Both the position numbers and the translations under genes were made by a program. The notes beneath the pieces are model-generated. The model made no database searches. It saw nothing but the letters and a program-made list of their open reading frames with translations, and had not been told where the DNA came from. A stretch of 63,972 bases of DNA, the filler included, from Diploschistes diacapsis (Eukaryota): the NCBI GenBank assembly GCA_023645945.1. It is 5 parts of 5 records of this genome, joined end to end, with 100 filler letters (N's around TTAATTAATTAA, not from the genome) between each part and the next. Parts side by side here need not be neighbours in the genome. Positions count along the whole stretch, not along the records: positions 26,490 to 39,607 come from JALAIB010000687.1; positions 39,708 to 52,812 come from JALAIB010000688.1; 3 more parts are not named here. One strand, written 5' to 3'. Positions 38,869 to 49,723 of the stretch are shown one piece after another; position 1 is the first letter of the stretch, and every line of letters begins with the position of its first letter.

Positions 38869-39607
38869 TCACGACGTTCTCCTCCAAACACTAATCCAGT
38901 CCGTCCCCCTCCCAATCTCAAACGTCCTCTCCGGCTTAAAATGCGCCACCCTCTCCAACGCGCCCTCGCCCAACACCAGCTCCCCATCCTCCTTCCTCTC
39001 CATCACCGGCCTTCCATCCTCATCATACGGAATCTCCTGGCCCGGCTTGCTCAAATGCGCCTCGTACACCTCCGGCGGCAGCGCCCACGGCGGTCCCCCG
39101 TCTTTGGGGTCCTTGTAGGTGGGGAACTCGATGCAGACAAGGCGGCCTGTGGGACTGAGGAGCTTGCTCATTTGTGCGGCCCATTGGGGGCGCCGGGATG
39201 GGGGGAGAGCGGAGAGGAACTGCGTTTGTGGGGAGGAGATTGTTAGTGCGATGATTCAAGAGCGAAGAAGGCTGTTCTCATGCCCCCCCCCCCTTTTGTA
39301 GTAAAACCGAAGAGAGACGTTAATAGATCCCGATGCAAGTAACAACATAAACGCCCATTCCGTGTCCATCCCTCGCTCCTCCTCGCAGTCTCTGTGAAAG
39401 AGGCAAGTAACTGCGCACGTCTTCCACCTTCATTCCCCCAACAACGAAAGATAGCCACAAAGCGGAAAGGGGGAGAAAAAAATAATTTGAAGATCCGAGT
39501 AAACGTACCGTATAATCATAAATCAAGTCCCACCCTTCTTCACCCCCCTCGCTCTCCTTATATTCCTTCCCGAAAGCGAAAAAGTCCCCCACGCGAAACT
39601 CCACCCT
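38869..39607 (-). CDS. Thiol/halide S-methyltransferase (TPMT-like), 3' part only, truncated by contig end
   Basis: GDFF...WDLIYDYT|FLSALPPSRRPQWAAQMSKLL.PTGRLVCIEFP...GGPPWALPPEVYEAHL...ERVAHFKPERT...DWISVW, with intron ~39220-39508. Confidence 0.88.
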
Positions 39608-39707
39608 NNNNNNNNNNNNNNNNNNNNNNNNNNNNNNNNNNNNNNNNNNNNTTAATTAATTAANNNNNNNNNNNNNNNNNNNNNNNNNNNNNNNNNNNNN
39701 NNNNNNN
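39608..39707. other. Artificial contig linker
   Basis: N-run + TTAATTAATTAA + N-run. Confidence 0.98.
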
Positions 39708-40321
39708 ATTCGCCACCGCTCTAAATCCGCCATACAGCGCGGCCGGGCCAGAACGAACCTAGCGGCACGCCCCAATAAATGGGGAGGATTGTTGGCGCCT
39801 TTTGCTAACTTGCTAATTCCCCCCCGCAAGTTCCAAGAGCACAAAAAGAGTGGGCCCGAGCCAGGATTTTTTGCTATGTGCCGCCATCTAGAAAAACAGC
39901 TTTGGATAAACACACACTGCAAGGGGGACCGAACGAGGGGTGTTGGCGCCAAGCCTTTTCGCTGTCTCGGGGTATTATTGGTATCTGCTGCCAGCAGTGA
40001 GACAATGAAGGATTCGACGGAAGATTTTGATATATCCCCGTCTCTTTGGGGAAGTTGCTTCATGCGTTGGGGAGTAAGGTCACATTGAACATCTGGCAGA
40101 CTACTTACAAAGGACGCTTGATAGGCACATGGCGTCAATGGTGATTTGGGGGAAAATGCTTTGCATTATTACTATGATCGTACAAGTACAGAGTTAATTA
40201 CTCCCACGTATGTTAAATACGGGGGAGCGACTCCATGTCTCTGCTCATTAATCCTGATCCCATACAAGGTCGTTCCATGAAATGCCGTCCAGCGGCGATC
40301 AGTGCCTCGGACACTTCTTGT

Positions 40322-40831
40322 TCAAGCCAACGTCGTAGACCCCTTTCCAAAATTGGTCGAGGAAAAGGGCGACGAAGGCGAATCTGGAGGTGACGAAACT
40401 GCCGAGTGGACCGGCGACGCGGCTGGCAGCGAAAAGGTCGCCGAAACAGGCGAGAATGCATCGGTGCTGGCATTGCTTTGTTGCCTGATATGAATTCTCT
40501 GCGGTGATGCAGTGGTCGTCTTCTGGAGCGTTGTGGGAGGCAACAGCAGCGGTGCCCTGCGTGTGGACTCGACACCATCAACTCTGTTCTGAATGCGCTC
40601 CGTGTACCACTTGACTCTCAGGCTCTGACTCCACAGCGGTCGCTCCCACTGCGGCCGTGTCTGATCGTGCCAGGGAGGAATTGCGTCTTTGACCGGGTAT
40701 TCGTCGTGCTTGTGGTATATCTTGGCCCAGTACTCGGCATCGAGAGGGGCCGAGACGCCGAAAAAAGACTTGCGGGCCGCAACAAGAGCAGGGTCGGTAG
40801 GACCCCAGCTGCTCTGATAAGATGCCGCCAT
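40322..40831 (-). CDS. Orphan hypothetical protein (169 aa)
   Basis: Intronless ATG ORF in good context (ACACAATGG), TATATAA ~165 nt upstream, pyrimidine-rich leader. Trp/Tyr-rich N-half and Ser/Pro-rich C-half. Confidence 0.55.
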   Translation of the reverse strand: MAASYQSSWGPTDPALVAARKSFFGVSAPLDAEYWAKIYHKHDEYPVKDAIPPWHDQTRPQWERPLWSQSLRVKWYTERIQNRVDGVESTRRAPLLLPPTTLQKTTTASPQRIHIRQQSNASTDAFSPVSATFSLPAASPVHSAVSSPPDSPSSPFSSTNFGKGSTTLA

Positions 40832-42888
40832 TGTGTTGCTGAACTGCGCTGCTTGGGGTTCGAATACTTGGCAGAGACGAGAAACTGTTGGCTTTTAACG
40901 GTGTGAATGAAGTTTGACTCAAAGTAGGCTCGTGTGAAAAAGGTTGAGTGGAAGATGTCTAATGTGCGTATGAAAGAGAGGAACGCATGCAACTTATATA
41001 GCGCATGCGGGGAAACTGTCAGCGTTGATGTCGCTCCTGTGCTCGCGAGCGCTTAGCAGTTTTCCTATACGGTTACCCTCCAGCCTAGAGAGCCAGTTCT
41101 TGTTCCTCACATTCTGCGGTGCTCACTCTGAGTGACTGCGCCTGGACCACCGACCGAGTGTTAGCTTGGATAGGATATCTGGGAACAGCCATGGCGTCAG
41201 TGAGGTATCCTGGAGGAACAAGAATGCCCAAATACTACCTCCCGCAAGTGGATCGGGACAAGCTTAATCTGGATTTAAAGCCCGCGGAAAAAGTGTATCC
41301 AGAGAAGTGACGTCAGAGCTGTTGACAAGGCCGAATACCGCATAATAATAGGCGGGGGGATAGCCGAGCGTACACTAGACCAAAGAGAGACTAGTCATAT
41401 ATCTGGCCTCTAGAGAGGTCTTTGGCACAAGTAGAAGAGATCTAAATCCCCTAGATGGGAAAAGCTTTTTGGCACCACAGTTCTACAACCCCCATCTACC
41501 ATCTACCAAGCTATTACTGCAAAGCCAGGTCGTATTCCGCGAAATGGTCTGCCCTTGACCCTGCCCCCGGCAACTAACAACTCTGGATTACGATGACTGA
41601 CGCGCATCTGGCAGGAATCCCCCCATCAGCAGGAACAGTCTCTCCTTTTGACGCGCGTAATAACCAACGTCGTATGCCTCTACTCCCCCCCGCTTCCGCT
41701 ATGGCCCCGTCCCAGGTTCTTGGGAGCCTCGGCTTCCTGCCTTGACCCATGTTGGCCTTACTTCTTCCCCCTTTCGTCAACGTTTCGGCTCTCCGCCTCG
41801 ACTAATTGGCATTCGCCGACGTCAGGAGAAGCTGAACGAAGCGATCGGCGAAATGAACAAGCGAATCCAGGTTCGTTCCTTGCATTCGAGATGTTGATGT
41901 TTCCGCCTCTTCCGCTCTCTCCCCATTGAGTCTCTGCCTTCACCGGCTTTACTGTGGCCTTCCTAGTACGGGTGTACTAACTTTGAGTATTCCAATTAGG
42001 ATATCAATATCCATAATATGAACGTCGAGCTAGTGGCGCAAATGTTCAAGAACTACCAGAGTAATGTACTATTTCATTTAGAAGGTAAGGCCCTTCTATA
42101 TCCGAGCCGGTTGTTTTGGGGTTAGGGTACGGCACATCTATCATGTGATGCTTCTGGCGCTTGACTGTTCGATGCGCGTTTTGCTGATTCTGACGCTGAT
42201 TGGTAACAATAGCGACGGACAGCTTGAAGGATCCTTCTTGATGCACTGCCATTAGATGCTTGCGATTTATGTTTACTATGCGGCCATGAAACGAGCGGCG
42301 TTGGGGTACTTTGATGCCTTATTCGTATGTCATCACAATTTGCCTTCCCTTCGCTAGAAGATTCTCCACTAAGAGCCCAGCGGTTAGGCAAAAGGCAGCA
42401 GCATACGGCATATATCCTCCCAGGTAGTCTGCTCTAACAACGAGCACCGCAATGGCTTAGTGTACGCGACATGCTCTATCACAGCACAAAGCAGCCTAGA
42501 TACAGTAGTAAAGTCGTTTGAGGGGCTTCGGACTCATACAGCGCTTTGAACCCTTCAATGGAAAGCACTATCCGAGGCTTTACGGCCTTTCCACAACGAA
42601 TAACGACATAGCTCAGCTGAACTCTTGTCTTTCACATGTGATCTTGACCTAACGCCTGCATATGCCGGCATCTAAAGGAATACTTTCAGGAACCCCGAAA
42701 CATTATTTCTCTATTACACTATATATAGGTGCGTAGCTGTGGCAGCGGGGGATCTATGACCCTATAGGTCATATTTTTCTATAATAATAATATTTTATTA
42801 TTGTATTTAATATTTATTTCATTACTTATTTTATTATTTATTTAATGATTCCATTTCCATTTCCATTTTCAATAAATTTAATTCTATA

Positions 42889-43044
42889 AGCAGGGGTGTG
42901 GGGATGCAATACCCACAAATAAAAAAAAAGCAGGGGTTCGAGGATGTAATCCCTAATTTTTTAAGCTTTAATTACGGAGCAGGGGTTTGGGGATGCAATC
43001 CCCAAAATAAAAAAAAGGCCGGGGTTTGGGGGTGCAACACCACA
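42889..43044. repeat. Four GC-rich hairpin units in an AT-rich tract (probable DNA-transposon subterminal region)
   Basis: AGCAGGGGTGTGGGGATGCAATACCCACA, AGCAGGGGTTCGAGGATGTAATCCCTA, AGCAGGGGTTTGGGGATGCAATCCCCAAA and GGCCGGGGTTTGGGGGTGCAACACCACA, separated by poly-A/T. Confidence 0.85.
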
Positions 43045-43769
43045 TAATCTACCCAGTTTTTTAAGCCTAGATTTTTTACTTAATACTTACTGCTTCGCTT
43101 AGGAACTTGGAGGCTACTTTACCGACACATAATATTACAATCTAGTGTAGATAGAAAGAGGAAAAAGGTTCTATTGCGAGAGGATGCTAGGCGCGAGGAC
43201 TATATACAGGCCGCCGAGTAAGCAGTGAACACCTGACGACGCAAGTGTCCTTCAACGCCTTAAATGGGTCTTTAAGTAACATAAACCTTGCGATAATGGC
43301 CTCCAGTAATCTAGGTCTCATCAGACCATAGGATACGGCATCAATTCTCGTAAGTTTAATTAATATGTTTTAACGCTTATAAGAAACATTTGCGCCGGTT
43401 TATCACCGTTAGCGACAGCATTATGAGCGCGACGTATTGTTTGTATTCCTTCCTCTTTAAAGCGGCATATAGCGAGCGAGGGTTGTAATGTTAGCCAAGT
43501 TCTACAACGACACATCACAGAGGCATTCTCCGATTCTTGGTGGGGAAAAAAAACGAAGGCAACAAGGACGTCAATGTAGTCGTCAGCAAGGGTGAGGGGG
43601 CGGCCAAAACGCTTTAATGACGTCTGGGGGTGCGCGCTACGATCGTGTGAGATCGCGACGACTTTTAATGCGCTTGGTGAGAGAAATGCAAGGCAAGAGC
43701 GACGATGAGGGCGGTACCAACCACGACGGCTGCGTTCAAGGCCTCAGTATGAAGGCCAAATCCATGATA

Positions 43770-44240
43770 AACACCTGATTCTTGCATAGCCCTGATAATC
43801 GATTGTAGTTTTTCTTTTGAGACAGAAGGGGGCCGGCCATCTCGAAGCTTTCCCACACCTCTGTCCTTCTTAATCTTTCCCTTTTTGGTGTGCTTTCCTT
43901 GCTCAGCGAGAGTTTGCTTGAGGTTCCGTCTCTGCGAGCGTTGTGAGACGCCCGTTTGCCTTCGTGTATCGAGTTGGGAGAGCCCAGCATTGCGTAGAGC
44001 TCGAACGCGAGCTTCGGGTCGGCGTATTCCATTTTCCCTTGGATTTGGAGGCTCCCAGGTCCGGGGAAGGTGTCGAAAAGCTGATAGACGTTTGGAATCA
44101 ATAATTGCGATCAATTTACAAGCAATTGGATCTAAGTCGGCCTATTTTTGAGGTGTTTATAAAAGAAAATGTAAATTCAGGGGCTTAAAATTGGAGGGTG
44201 AGATATGATTTTTGCTGGGCCGCGTCTTCTAGCACCGAGC
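43770..44240 (-). mobile_element. Tc1/mariner transposase relic (N-terminal HTH region only)
   Basis: ARVRALRNAGLSQLDTRRQTGVSQRSQRRNLK followed by a GRPP motif, matching the paired-like HTH + GRPR layout of Tc1 transposases. No DDE domain follows. Confidence 0.6.
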
Positions 44241-44634
44241 CTCGGCCTGGCTAGAACTAGAGGCATACGAAGAAAGTCATCATGGAGTGCGGAAAGGAAG
44301 ATGGAGAGCAGGGAGACAGAAAGCCGAGTTGATGAGAACAATGGAGAGTGTGTGACGTTGGAATGGTACCTGTAAGATCAAGGCACACAGACACCACTAA
44401 CTCCTGATATCTATACGTTTGGCTTTCCATCCAGGATTGCCCTGTCGCTCAAAGAACTCCATACCTTACCCATAATTGCCATGCGGCTGGCTAAAGGCCA
44501 CGCATCAAATGACCCAACTCATCCAATGAAAACCAATTGAAATCAAACCAGTGCCTCCAAAACTCTACTTGAGACTGCCTGAGAATGTCTGGCCTCTTGC
44601 TTTCGAAATTTCAGCACTACTGACCTGCAGCACA

Positions 44635-45080
44635 CTAATTCCTTGGCTTCTTCGACGCTCGCTCGGTTGTTTGTGTGAAAGAAGTGGTGAGTGTCATTTC
44701 TTGTGAGCCTAGAAAGCTTGACTGGCTGTCATCTTCTCCCAACATAGACCCGACATTCGATTGCTGCGAACTCTGAGGTGTAGATTGAAAGAAAGAAGCA
44801 GATTGGGAAAGGTCAAAACTGATATCGGCTGCCAAGTCATCGATGCCCGAACAGATTATCTTATGCAGGTTCGGCGAGTGATCATCGTAGACGTTCTTGA
44901 CGAATTTGTAGGCGGTCCACTTTTCCTTGCCATCTGGGGCCGTAAAGTCGAACTTGTGTATTGGACAGCGATGGAAGGTAGTCTTATCTCCTTCGATCTC
45001 GGGGTAATGGCCGTAGATTCTCACGGAGGTGTGATCGTGCGTGATAGAAAAGGCAAGTATCTCCCGGTCCAGCTCTGGCA
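44635..45080 (-). pseudogene. 5'-truncated fragment of a fungal accessory-region protein family (DUF7924-like, putative PD-(D/E)xK nuclease fold)
   Basis: ELDREILAFSITHDHTSVRIYGHYPEIEGDKTTFHRCPIHKFDFTAPDGKEKWTAYKFVKNVYD...ICSGID. No ATG; begins abruptly at an AT-rich block. Confidence 0.7.
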
Positions 45081-45084
45081 ATGA

Positions 45085-45530
45085 GAGTATAAAAAACAAT
45101 TTATTCTGTTTTGAGAATAATGTCCGCTAAAGATAACTTCTTGGGGCTGTTTTACTGTTCCTCCTTTAAATAATACTACAAGTGACCCCAATCTCCGTCT
45201 AATATAAAATTAAATATTTTTTTTAATTTTAATGGAACCTCGAAATCTATTAGAATCGGATTGTTTAATAATGGATATAATCGACTTTAAGTTACGTATT
45301 AAAGAAATATTTAAAAAACTTAAAAGAAGTTATAATTTCCTTATAAAACAATTATCATGGCTTAAATTTTAAAAATTAATATATATCATACTTCTCTTCT
45401 CGATAGAAAATTGAATTAACCTTTACTCCATATTTACGTATTAGTATATTAATATTCTTTTTAATAATCGCCACTTTTCTTTTGTATTTTAGATTAACAG
45501 ACTTGCGTTTAGTTGAATTTTTTTTCCGTT
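45085..45530. mobile_element. AT-rich degenerate (RIP-like) repeat relic
   Basis: Sharp drop in GC, abundant TpA/TTAA, stops in all frames. Confidence 0.5.
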
Positions 45531-45539
45531 CTGTTAGAG

Positions 45540-45908
45540 ATGAATCTCGCGCTCGAGGACGCGTGGAGCTTGACGCTTGCGGCGGGGAGGATCCTGGGTG
45601 CTGCTGCTGCTGATTGCGACAATGGTAGCCGTCGTGGTAGTTTTGGTGGTGTGAGTGAGAGCGAGAGTGGCGTGGGATTCGGTGAGGCGCTGCGCAAGTG
45701 GCAGGCCTGACGGCATGAGCGGGCCGACTTCATCCTGGAGATGAACCGGCAGATCGACATCTGGCGCATGCCGGAGGCGCAGAAGACGGCGGAGGAGAGG
45801 GCGCTGGAGAGGAGGAAGATGGGGGCTGAGTGGTTGTACGGGGTTGATTTCGAGGAGGTCGTTCGGGGATGGTTTGGTGGTCGGGTAGATGCAAAGAGTA
45901 GGGTGTAG
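45540..45908 (+). pseudogene. 3' fragment of an FAD-dependent monooxygenase with an internal stop
   Basis: MNLALEDAWSL...EALRKWQA*RHERADFILEMNRQIDIWRMP...EWLYGVDFEEVVRGW resembles the post-GQG 'N.A.ED' C-terminus of group A flavin monooxygenases. In-frame TGA at 45708-45710. Confidence 0.7.
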
Positions 45909-47531
45909 AGAACGTTCAAAATGGCTGAGGAGGCGTAGTGCGTCTGTTTTTTGATAGACTGTCCGACTTAACACACGCCCTAATACATTGGAAAGTTTTC
46001 TGAGGTATTCCAATCTTCGGCTTGGTGCACCTCTTTAATGTCTCGGGGTGTCCTCCTGAGCTTTCAAACGATCAGAAACACAGAGGCGGGAGGATGAGAA
46101 GCGTGATTCCCGGAGAATGAACGAGAATGATGAGAGGAAAAGAGCGTCCGATTTCTCTCCCCCCTCTCTCTCTCTCTCTCTCTTTAGACCTTCAAATTGG
46201 TTTTCCGGCTAGAGGGCATATGCCTCGTCCAGAAAAACCACAGGGCGCTCAAACTAGCCAAAAACCTCCCCTTTCTTCCCCCAAGACCTAACCCTAATCT
46301 AAGCACCGCCCGCGCATCTCCCTCATAACGGCCCACCTGTGCAGCGTGCGCGTATCGCGCCCCGTGCTAGTACATTACAGCTTCAGGCTTCCCCTCTTGC
46401 TCGGGCTCTGGTTTGCTTTCGTGTCAGCATACCATATACGCGATTAGGCTGTGTTGATCTGCGCATAACATACCGCGCGCAGCTACGAAGGACGCGGAGA
46501 ATGCTTTATTTTTGGGCAGACAGTGTCTAACGCATTGTGAGCAAGGGGATGAGAAGGTAAGTGGTAGGGAAGGAGGGAGAGAATAGCATACCGTCGAGCG
46601 AGGCGCGCGCGATGAGGCTGGTTGGAATCTCTGGGGATAGTCGAGCACGGCTCCGTGGATTTGTAGAGCTAGATCGCGAGCGCTTAGCTGGCGTGTGTAG
46701 ATTTTATATCGGGCTCGCCTCTGTTCTCCATCTTCCCTTGGGTCCACATGGCTATACCAGAGCCTTTTGATCCTAGAGCAGCGTTACAGGTATGGTAGCT
46801 TTTCTTGGTTAAGGGAAGATGGCCACCTTTGAAGCCATGTCCTTGCCACCTAGGTAGCTCACACTACATGGATAGAAATTCTTTTATTATCTGAGAGGAT
46901 GTGAGCGAATGGGCCCTATTTCTCCAAGTAGATAACAGGGAGAAGGACGCCAGAGAGTATGTTTATACTCTGAAATGCTTTTCCGGTCGGTGAACATGAA
47001 GATTGGGGCACTTTCCCCGTTCTTCCTGGCAACATTTTTGAGTTGGGAAATAAGAGATAATCCTCGATGATGATTTGCTACGAGTAGTTAGCTGCCGTCG
47101 GTTCTAGAAAAAAGGGACAGTGAATACTTACATGCGAGCACTCATGAAAGCACCGCGCAACTCGGTGCTAGTGTACCCGAAGAAGGGAAGACTTGCTGCC
47201 GAATACGGGGCGCGGAAGCGGAGTCCTGTATGAGGGAGTACAGATATATATATGTACACGTGTCATGCAAGGACGACATTTCGTTCAAGATAATGTATAT
47301 GTACTGCTATGAGCGCCCATCAGCTATATATGTACAAGCACAATCCAAGCACCGCAGCTCCCTGCGCATCATGATCAAGTTGCGGACAAGAGCTCCCCTG
47401 CTTTGCAAGAAGCATCGAGCTACTCGCTGAGCGAGACCTGCATCATTCGTGCTCATCTTTCAGACATCAACGAACGTCGTGGACTCATCTGCACGTGAAA
47501 CTAGACCGCCTCGTCATCGTCGCCTCGTCGC

Positions 47532-48801
47532 CTACGGACCCGTTGAACCGGGCAGCGTCCCCGGAACCGGCACGGTCCCGACCAGCAAGCTCTGGATCGT
47601 CTCCAGCGCGCTCAGCTGCTGTCCAACCCCCTGGCTCCCAGTCCCACCCGCCAACGTACACTTCGTCCCGCACATCCTTCCGGTCGCTCCACCCGCGCAG
47701 CTCGTCGCCGCCGCCTGCGCGCTGGCCTCCAGCAGCGGCCGCACGGTGCCCTTGATGTCGCTGTGCATCAGCGTGCTCTTGGCCATCCACCGGCTCAGGT
47801 ACGCCTTGAAGGAGAACTGGTCCGTGTCGCAGTTGTTGCTCCTCGCACTGGCGCTCGAACATGACGCTCGTGGCGTTCTCGTAGGGCGAAAAGAAGGTGG
47901 ATTTGGCGGAGGCCACGAGGCCTGTGGTGCGGTTGATCCACTTCTCCGCTTGTGTGATGTTCGCCAACACGGCCGCGCCGTGGATCATGGTCGCGGCATT
48001 GTACGACCGCTGAGAGTGGTCGACCGCAGAACAGTTCTGTAGGTCGCCGGCGCTATCGAATACGTTGAGCGTCGGACCGATGAAGCCGATGGTCTCCATC
48101 CACGTCCAGGTGCGATCGGCGCACTCGGCATAGGTGATGTTTCCGGTGTATGGTGCAAGGCGTGCGGCGAGCTGGAAGAATCCCCTGTTTGGCTATGGAA
48201 GACTTGTAGTCGTAACCGTTGTTGGACGGAAGATTTGCCACTTGATTCCACCGTTGCACTGGGTCATGTTCCATCTTCCGACCAGGTCGTTGAAGGTGTT
48301 CTTAGAAAGCTGGTAGTAGACGTCGCCTGCGCTGCCTGATGGCACGGTGAAGTTGTGCTCGGCAGCGGACATGGAAGTAAGGGCCCAGAAGACCTGGTCG
48401 TCGTTGCCAATATCGAAATGCTGGTTTTCCATCATGAAGTCGACGGTGGGGGAGGCTTGAGAAACGATGGCCTGGCCGATAGCGGCATCGTAGGACGAGT
48501 CACCTGTTGTAGTGGCTGTAGTCCACGAGTCCGCCCCACATCGCGCTAGCAGGCAGATTAGTAGATTGAGCGAGCAGCAAGAGGAGATCTAAGCATCGTA
48601 CCCGGCTTCCCACCAGTAGTAAGGTTGAGGAAGAAGACCAACATTTGCTCCGCCAGAAACAAACATCAGCTTAGACCCGCACCTGAAGAGCCTGTAGCAC
48701 TCAGAAGTATCATTCACGTTGAGCGTAATGGCGCCGACCTGCAGAACACCCAGCCCTGCAAGCACCGCAAGAGCGGCCCGAGCCCTGTCGGAGCCTACCA
48801 T
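47532..48801 (-). pseudogene. GH76 (Dfg5/Dcw1-like alpha-1,6-mannanase/transglycosylase) pseudogene
   Basis: Signal peptide, GLLPQPYYWWEAG, AMWGGLVDY, GNDDQ, CNGGIKWQIF, GYDYKSSI, FFQLAARLA, DQFSFKAYLSRWMA and GVGQQLSALE, spread over different frames by frameshifts near 48507, 48227, 48189 and 47840. Confidence 0.88.
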
Positions 48802-49723
48802 TTTGATGGTCGGCGCTCATCCTCCAATAATGGTGTCTACAAGGTGGGAGGTTGATTGGTGGAGCGACCTGGAGACTGGGGGTGGCCTGATGAGGCTGGT
48901 GGTGGCCGTTTCAAACGATTGACATCTCCCATCGAATCCCCCGCGCTGTTGAGCTGGATGGGCAGGAGGTGTACGGATACTCCGTAGGTGGATGGGTGGG
49001 GAAGCGCCCGGCGCCTTAGTTTCGCCATCCTCTTCGGGGAAATGCCGCCGGCGGGGCCTTGAGCCTGACCCGACCGGTCTACTCGAGTAGCTGCTAACGC
49101 TTTCTGCAGTCACAAGGTTTTTATTGCGCGCGCTCCAGAGTTGCAAGGGACACTCGGAGCTAGAGTGGCGTCGCTGTGGATGCTCGCGAGTCTGGAACAT
49201 CCATTCATTTCCGTGCGCCTCAACGAGGTAGAGCGGTGCTTGGATCCACTATTCTCATATCATGAAAGTGGCCGCATTGCGTTCACTTTGAGGTTTCATT
49301 CTTGTCTACTCCAGGGTCTATGTTGATTCTGCAGAAATCTTTCATGTGGAAGCTGAGGAGGAAATGCCATGAAGGTGGAGCGTTGATTCTGACCCTGTTC
49401 TGTTGATTGAGAGGAATGAAGTTGCTGAGCAACCGATGTTTTCGCTCAGGAAGGTAGAAAGCTTCTCAACCGGCGCTATACAAAGGCTTCTGATGGTCTT
49501 CCTTTCTTTCGATCGTTCATTTAGTCATTCATTCATGCTGGTCTATGTCGTGCGCTATGGTTGTTGGCTAGATGCGCCCCCCGATGCTCTAATCCCTTTG
49601 AATACTCGGTGCCTTTCCAGTATTCGTATGCCATCTATCCTTGAGATCGCACGATTCAGAAACTCCTCACAGAAGCGCGGGAAACCAGTTGGAAGCAAAA
49701 ACGGAGGGCCGCCATGAACGCAA

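Noticed and set aside
42889..43044. CRISPR-like array of palindromic ~28-bp repeats
   Set aside because: Spacers are short poly-A/T and themselves duplicated, repeats are degenerate, there are no cas genes, and the context is eukaryotic.
46287..46303. CCTAACCCTAA telomere-like seed
   Set aside because: Fewer than two full units; expected by chance.
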